Positions 55,615 through 64,000 of a stretch of 64,000 nucleotides of DNA are shown one piece after another. A program made the position numbers and the translations under genes. Below the pieces are notes generated by a model, which saw only the letters and a list, made by a program, of their open reading frames with translations, was not told the DNA's origin and searched no databases. Each line of letters starts with the position of its first letter. The stretch's first letter is position 1. This stretch comes from the human T2T-CHM13v2.0 reference genome, Homo sapiens, in the NCBI RefSeq assembly GCF_009914755.1, contig NC_060927.1. One strand, given 5' to 3'.

Positions 55615-55648
55615 AAAAATTTTTGTGATAACATGTTATAAAAGCTGA

Positions 55649-56089
<441 letters not shown>

Positions 56090-56510
56090 TAATCTATTTT
56101 CCTTCCTTACATCATGGTTTCCTACATAACTGTGTAAAGCTTGGGCTAACACTTTATAAATTTAAGAGCTATTTTATCATGATAAAGATGAGTTGAAACA
56201 GATAACTGGTCTTGGCCAAATAAAAATTCTTAATTTTTTATTACTTTACGCAGACTCCATTGTTGAATATTTCTAAATATTCTAAGAGCAAACACTTAAA
56301 TATTCTATTTTTTCTCCCTGCCTTGTCTCTTGGCAAACAAGAATGTTGTCTAAACTTGGGTTGCCACAAAGGCTTTGTGGCTAATCCTGTAAAGACAAGA
56401 TGCAGAAAAGACCCAGGTAAGACAGTTTTATGAAGCTAACAAATTGTATGCTCCAGGTCAAGCTGTTAGGGTATTCAGCTCTTTTGCAAACTGCTTTTAG
56501 AAAGAGAACC

Positions 56511-56645
56511 CGACATGGCACATGTATACCTACGTAACAAACCTGCATATTGTGCACATGTACCTAGAACTTAAAATATAATAAAATAAGTAAATAAATA
56601 AATAAGTAACCATGCTCAAAAAAAAAAAAAAAAGAAAAAGAAAAA
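56511..56645 (+). mobile_element. Severely 5'-truncated L1PA 3' end with double A tail
   Basis: acatggcacatgtatacct...agaacttaaa; perfect TSD AGAAAGAGAACC (56499-56510, 56646-56657); nick site TTTT/AG. Confidence 0.88.
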
Positions 56646-56659
56646 AGAAAGAGAACCAG

Positions 56660-56964
56660 GGCCTGGCGTGGTGGCTCCTGTAATCCCAGCACTTTGGGAG
56701 ATCAAGGAGGGCAGATTGCCTGAGCTCAGGAGTTCAAGACCAGCCCAGGCAACACGGTGAAATGCCATCTCTACTTAAAAAAAAAAAATTAGTTCAGCAT
56801 GGTGTCATGTGCCTCTGATCCCAGCTACTCTGGAGGCTGAGGCAGGGAAATCATTTGAGCCAGGAAGCAGAGGTTGCAGGGAGGCAGAGGTTGCAGTGAG
56901 CCAAGATCACTCCATTGCGTGCCATCCTGGGTGACAGAGCCAGACCCTGTCTAAAAAAAAAAAA
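56660..56964 (+). mobile_element. AluS element
   Basis: Dimer with A-rich linker and tail; gcagaggttgcag duplicated. Confidence 0.9.
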
Positions 56965-59354
56965 GCACTTGATGACTGCTGCAGGAGAAATCTGGAAAGC
57001 GACTCTCCTAAACCTTTGATCTGGGCTTCTGATTTAAAATAGAAAATACTACATTCTTTAACTTCAAGAATTAGTCAATGAACCAAAGTAAAAGGACCTT
57101 GAAAGCCAATAGATGATTGGCCAGTTTCAAGTGGTAGGTTAATACCAATTGTTAGAAAGTAAATAAAAACTGAATTCTTAATAAACCCACTCAGAATTGA
57201 CATGTGGTTGTTTCATTCCAGCATCTGGGCAATTATGAGGCCAAAGAGTATAATGAAGAGAGATAGCCATGCTTGTTTTAGGTGCGTTTTCTCATGATAA
57301 GAATAAAAGTGCTTGCTTGGGAGGCAGCATATACAATAGTGTAATACGTGAACATTAGAATCAAACAGTGAAAATCCATGATTCTTCTATTTAATAGTTG
57401 TGTAGGTATGAGCAAGTGACTTAAACGCCTACTTTTTTAGCTGTAAAATGGAAATAAATATAAGTTCCCTCGTGGGACTATTGTTAAGATTAAGTGAACT
57501 AATCCAGGAAAACTATTTAATATTTTGTTTGGTTTAGAGTGACAATCATGTTAGCTATTTTATTCATTACTACAAATATGTGGCTCTAAATACTGAGAGA
57601 AAATGCAGCACAAAGGTCAAGAACATAGCTCTGGAGCTAGACTTCCTGAGTCCAAATCTCAGAATTTTTCCTATTTTTCTCATTTATTTGATATAGCTAT
57701 TATTAGTAGCTATGCCATAAGTTTTGTATGAGGTTTAAATGACTAAGTATTTCTGAAGCATTCCAGACAGTGTCTGGCACATAGGGATCATCATATAAAT
57801 ATTTACTTGATAAAATAATAAATTGATTGCATATAGACTTGTTCATGTTGTTTCGGTATCGTAGAATTTTATTTGTAATTGTCCCAAACTGGAAACAATC
57901 CTTACTGAGGTATAACTGAACGAAGAAAATTGCACCAGATTATAATGTACAATGTGATTGATTTATAATGTACAATGCAATTGATAAATATATATCTCGT
58001 GAAATAATTACCACAATCAAGTTTGTTATACCATCTAAACAACCTACATTTTAATCAGTAATAGAATGAGTATATAAATTGTGGTTAATATTATGCAAAA
58101 TAATTCTACTCAGCAATATAAAAGAACAGTTTATTGATACAAAAACAAGATGCATCATATTGAGTGACAGATCTCTGACAGAAAATGGTATCATTTACAT
58201 ACAGTTCAAGAATAAGCAAATCTGGTTTATACTAATAGATTTTAGGGAAATGGTTACCATCTGGAGGAGTACTGACAGGAGTGAATCATGAGGGAATATT
58301 CTTTGATTTTGCAAAAGTTCAATATATTAATCTGGGTGCTGACTACAAGGTAATACTACCATGCACATTTTAATAAAATTATACGTTTAAGATTTTTATA
58401 CTTCATGTATATTATACTTTAATTTTTTAATTTAATATGTTTTATTATATATCATCTATTTTACTCCAGTATAACACTTTCATCTGTCAATCCATTGACC
58501 CATTCAGTTATTTGTAATATGTAAGAGCACATCTTTGAGATTCAGACTAACTTGAGGTGCAATCCAGGTGCTGCAATGGTATGTCCCTCACTGTTCTGAG
58601 TTTCCATCTCCTCACCTGTTGATTGTTATCATTGCTAACTTTCTGGGTTTTTTTGAGGATCAGTTGAAGTAATGTAAATAAACTGCTTAATGCAATACCT
58701 GGTAGAAAGTAAGTGCTCAAAAAATAACAGAATTATATTTTTTATAAATGTTATAATTTTGTATAAGAATATGTACCAGGTATGCTACCAGCCACTATGG
58801 AGTTGACCAGTGTAAATAGGAAAAGGTTACCTCCTTCAAAGAGAAGACTTAAATGGCACAAAAACATCCATGAAGGAAACATGAAACAATCTTACCCAAG
58901 ATCTAAAAACCTAAGTCATACAACTGTAGAGAGATTCTAGGGTTGGGGATCAGAAATGGAATGTCAAGACCTGTTTTCAAGCTTTTCATTTCAGGTCATG
59001 TCACTAATACAGTATGCTCTCCATATGCATTCCAAAAGTCATGGTTTTTAGCTTATAAACTATATTTAAGTGTATATATTGTAAGTACTAAATGAAATTC
59101 TTCATATCACAATAGTTTCATAAATAAAGTACAATAGAAGTATAGTAGGTTATTTTCATTCTTATCATAATTAAGTCTACTGGTCAGAGAGGAAAGTAGA
59201 TATAGGACACCCAGAGTATATTTATTTCTTAATGTTTATAAAATTCCATTACTCACTCACGCAAGACCTCCCCAACCACTGAAATTATGTAACAAATTCT
59301 CAATATCAAAATTGTAATATTCTTATAGTCATTGTCCAGTAATTTCTTTAAAAA

Positions 59355-60810
59355 ATGTTTTATTTATTTTTTAGATTAAGGGGGTCCATGTGCATGTTTG
59401 TTACATGGGTATATTGAGTAACGCTGGGGTATGAGCTTCTAGTGAACCCATCACCCAGACAACAAACATAGTAATCAATAAGCAGTTTCTCAACCCTTGT
59501 TCCCTTCCCTCCCTCCCCCTTTATGGAGTCCCCAGTGTCTATTGTCCATCTTTATGACCATGTGTACAGGTTATTTTGCTCCCACTTATAAATGAGAACA
59601 TGTGGTATTTGATTTTCTTTTTCTGCATTAATTCACTTGGGATAATGTCTTCCAGCTACAGCCGTGTTGCTGCAAAGGACATGATTTTATTTATTTTAAT
59701 GACTGTATATTATTCCACGGTGTGTATGTGCCACATTTTCTTTATCCAATCCATTGTTGATGGAAACTAAGGTTGATTTTATGACTTTGCCACTGTGAAT
59801 AGTGCTGTAATCAACATGCGAGTGCAGGTGTCTTTGTCTTTTTGGTAAAGCAATTTATTTTCTCTTGGGTAGATATCCAGTAGTAGGATTGATAGATGAA
59901 ATAGTAATTCTATTTTTAGCTCTTTGAGAAACCGCCATACTTTTTTCATTAAGGGTTAAACTAATTCACATTCCTACCAACCGTGTCTTCCCTTTTCTCC
60001 ACATCCTTGCCAACATCTGTTATTTTTTGTTTTTAATAAAATAGCCATTCTGACTGGTGTGAGATGGTATCTCGTTGTAATTTAATTTGCATTTATTTGA
60101 TGATTTGTGATGTACAGCATTTTAAAATATGTTTGTTGGATATGTGTATGTCTTCTTTTGAGAAGTGTCTGTTTGTTAATATATCATTTGCCCAATTTTT
60201 AATGAGGTTATTTTTTTACTTGTTGATTTAAGTTCTTCATAGATTCTGGTTATTAGTCTTTTGTTGGATGCACCATTTGCAAATATTCTCTCCCATTCTG
60301 TAGGTTGTCTGTTTACTTTGTTGATTGTTTCTTTTGCTGTGCAGGAACTCTTTAGTTTAATTAAGTACCATTTGTCATTTTTGTTTTTGTTGCAATTGCT
60401 ATTGAGGTCTTAGTCATAAATTCTTTGCACCAACCAATGTCCAGAAGAGTTTTTCCTAGGTTTTCTTCTAGGGTTTCTATTTGAGTTCTTACATTTAAGT
60501 ATAATATTTAATCCATCTTGAGTTAATTTTTACGTATGGTAAGAGATGGGGTCCCATTTCATTCTTTTGCAAAATGTTAGCTAATTTTCCTAGCACCATT
60601 TATTGAATAAGAGTATGTGATTTCCCCATTGTTTATTCTTCTCAACTTTCTTGAAGAGCAGTTGGTTGTAGGTGTGGGACTTCATTTCTGGGTTCTCCGT
60701 TCTGTTCCATTGATCCATGTGTCTATTTTGGTACCAATACTATGCTGCTTTGGTTACTACAGCTTTGTAGTATTCAGGCTCTTTTTTGGTTCCATGTACA
60801 TTTTAGACTT
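59355..60810 (-). mobile_element. L1PA16-like LINE-1 3' portion
   Basis: 3' UTR (catgtgcatgtttgttacatgggtatatt...ggagtccccagtgtc) and ORF2 C-terminal antisense sequence. Confidence 0.85.
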
Positions 60811-61036
60811 GTTTAAAAACTTTTAAAATTGACATATAAAAGTCTATATCTTTATGGTATGTAACATGATGTTTTGATATATTTATGCATTACAGAATGG
60901 CCAAACAAGCTAATTCCAATATTTTCAATTATTCTATGTTTAGTCTCATACTGCCACATTACCATGAAGCTAATATCAACTTAAGAAAGTACTTTTGCAA
61001 ATGTGAGAATTTTTCATTGAAAATATTTCAATTTTA

Positions 61037-61366
<330 letters not shown>

Positions 61367-61385
61367 TATTATGTAGATAATTTTA

Positions 61386-64000
61386 GATGGACATGTCATT
61401 GTAGGAATAATACAGACAGATCATGTGCACTCTTCACTTTCCAAATGGTTCCTTTATGGAAAATTATTGTACAACTTTGCAACCAAGATATGGACATCAG
61501 TACAATCTACTGCTCTTACTCAGGTTTTCTATTTTACTTGTACTCATTAATGTGTGTTCCTTTTGTTCTGTGTAACTTTACCATATGTATAGTTTCATGT
61601 ATCCAGCACCACAGTCAGGCTACTGAACAGTTCCATAACTATAAGGATTCCTTATGTTGCACTTTTATATCAGAGTCTACCTTCTCCTGCCTGTCTACCT
61701 CAGATGGAATAGAAACCAATAACTTGTTCTCCATTTCTAAAATCATGTAATTTAAAAATATGATAGAAATGGAATCATATCCTATGTAATCTTTTGGCAT
61801 GTTTTTTTATTCAACACAATTCCTTGGAGATTCATTCAATATGTTATGTGTACAAATAATTTGTTTGATTTCATTGCTGTGTTATTATTTCACAATATGT
61901 ATGCTGCAGTTTGTCCATTCACCTATTGAAGGATGTCGGGATTGTTTCTGGTGTTTGCTATTATGAACAAATAGCTCCAAATATTCAGGTGTACATTTTA
62001 AGTGAGCATAAGTTTCCATTTTTCTGCGATAAATGCCTAAGAATACAATGGCTGGGTCACATTATAATTTTGAATGGTTAGTATTTTTAAGAAATTGTCT
62101 ATTGATACTTGCCTGTGCTTCATGAAGTTCTCATGCTGTGTTTTTCAGCTCCATCAGGTCATTTATATTCTTCTCTAAACTTATTCTAGTTAGCAATTCT
62201 TCTAACCTTTTTTTCAAGGTTTTTAGCTTCCTAGCATAGGGTTAGAACATGCTCCTTTAGCTCGGAGGAGTTTGTTATTGCCCACCATCTGAAGCCTACT
62301 TCTGTCAATTCGTCAAATTCATTCTTTGTCCAGTTTTGTTCCCTTGCTGGTGAGGAGTTGTGATCCTCTGGAGAAGAAGAGGCGTTCTGGTTTTGGGAAT
62401 TTTCAGCTGTTTTGTGCTGTTTTTTCCTCATCTTCATGGATTTATCTACCTTTGGTCTTTGATGTTGGTGACCTTCGGATGGGGTTTCTGTATGGACGTC
62501 CTTTTTGTTGATGTTGATGCTATTCCTTTCTGTTTGTTAGTTGTCCTTCTAACAGGCCCCTCTGCTGCAGGTCTGCTGGAGTTTGCTGGAGGTCCACTCC
62601 AGACACTGTTGGCCTGGGTATCACCAGTGGAGGCTGCAGAACAGTAAAGATTGCAGCCTGTTACTTCCTCTGGAAGCTTTGTCCCAGAGGGTCACTTGCC
62701 AGATGCCAGCTGGAGCTCTCCTATATGAGGTATCTGTTGACTGCTGCTGGGAGGTGTCTCCCAGTCAGGAGGCACAGGGGTCAGGGACCCACTCGAGGAA
62801 GCAGTCTGTCCCTTAGCAGAGCTCAAGCGATATGCTGGGAGATCTCTTCAGAGCCGGCAGGCAGGAACATTTAAGTCTGCCCAAGCTGCGCCCACAGCCG
62901 CCCCTTCCCCCAGGTGCTCTGTCCCAGGGAGATGGGAGTTTTATCTATAAGCCCCTGCCTGGGTCTGGTGCTTTTCTTTCAGAGATGCCCTGCCCAGAGA
63001 GGAGGAATCTAGAGAGTCAGTCTGGCTACAGCAGCTTTGCTGAGTATCAGTAGGCTCCACCCAGTTCGAACTTCCAGGCAGCTTTGTTTACACTGTAAGG
63101 GGAAAACCACCTACTCAAGCCTCAGTAACGGTGCACGCCCTCCCCTCACCAAGCTCGAGCATCCCAGGTTGACTTCAGACTGCTGTGCTGGCGGCAAGTA
63201 TTTCAAGCCAATGGATCTTAGCTTGCTGGGCTCTGCGGTCGTAGGATCCGTAGGATCCGCTGAGCTAGATCACTTGGCTCCCTGGCTTCAGCCCCCTTTC
63301 CAGGGGAGTGAACGGTTCTGTCTCGTTGGCATTCCAGGCACCACTGGGTTATGAAAAAAAGAAAACTCTTGCAGCTAGCTCAGTGTCCGCCCAAACGGCT
63401 GCCCAGTTTTGTGCTTGAAACTCAGGGCCCTGGTGGCATAGGCACCCAAGGGAATCTCCTGGCCTGCAAGTTGTGAAGACCATGGGAAAAGCATAGTATC
63501 TAGGCCAGAGTGTTCTGTGCCTCACTGCACAGTTCCTCAAGTATTCTCTTGGCTAGGGGAGGGAGATCCCCAACCCCTTGCACTTCCCAAGTGAGGTGAC
63601 ACCCCACCTGCTTCAGTTCATCCTCTTAGCCCTCTGATAAGTGTGTGGTAATATATTAATATCATTTGGCTTTAATTTGTATTTACCTAATGACTAATGA
63701 TGTTGAATGCATTTCATGTGCTTATTTGTGCATATTTCATCTGATATCCAGTTCTTTATATATTTTAAATATTGGTCCTTTGTCAGATAAGTCAGATATG
63801 TGGCTTGAAATATTTTTTCTCAGCCTGTAGCTTCCTTTCCATCCTCTAAATAGGGACTTTCATAAAGCAAATGTTTTTAATTTTGATGAAGTGCAATTTA
63901 TCAGATTTTCGTTCTATGGATCATGATTTTGGTATCAAGTCTAAGAACTCTACCTATGCTGAAGACTTATTTCGAATCTTTTCTAAAAGTTGTATAGTTT
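61386..64000 (-). mobile_element. Old L1MC/ME 3' region (61386-62098 and 63626-64000), split by a younger L1
   Basis: Antisense L1M 3' UTR/ORF2 motifs on both sides of the younger insert. Confidence 0.7.
62099..63625 (-). mobile_element. L1PA7/8-type 5' UTR plus ORF1 start only (no 3' end, no tail)
   Basis: ORF1 N-terminus MRKKQHKTAENSQNQNASS (62231-62437, minus) and GC-rich L1PA 5' UTR. Confidence 0.85.

Overview
AT-rich, repeat-dense primate (human/great-ape type) intergenic DNA with no intact protein-coding gene. Nearly all listed ORFs are Alu-, L1-, MaLR- or HERV-derived or chance frames. The main feature is a GC-rich ~3.5 kb insertion (3038-6539) with the hallmarks of L1-mediated retrotransposition on the minus strand: a 12-bp TSD, a poly(A) tract behind an AATAAA, and an A-rich nick site. 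It carries a complete snaR Pol III RNA gene (probably SNAR-I) with ~160 bp of its own upstream promoter (TCF/LEF, NF-Y, CRE and CTCF motifs), an unspliced antisense DHX34 exon with intronic Alus, and a purine-rich spacer. The window also has an MSTA provirus split by an L1PB1 with a ~490-bp 3' transduction and a 161-bp target duplication, a full THE1 element, a circularly permuted L1 ORF2 segment, a 5.7-kb HERV-H/LTR7 provirus inside an old L1PA, and a non-classical (tail-less, TSD-less) L1 5' insertion. Repeat subfamily names were assigned by eye from remembered consensus sequences, and boundaries of old repeats are approximate.
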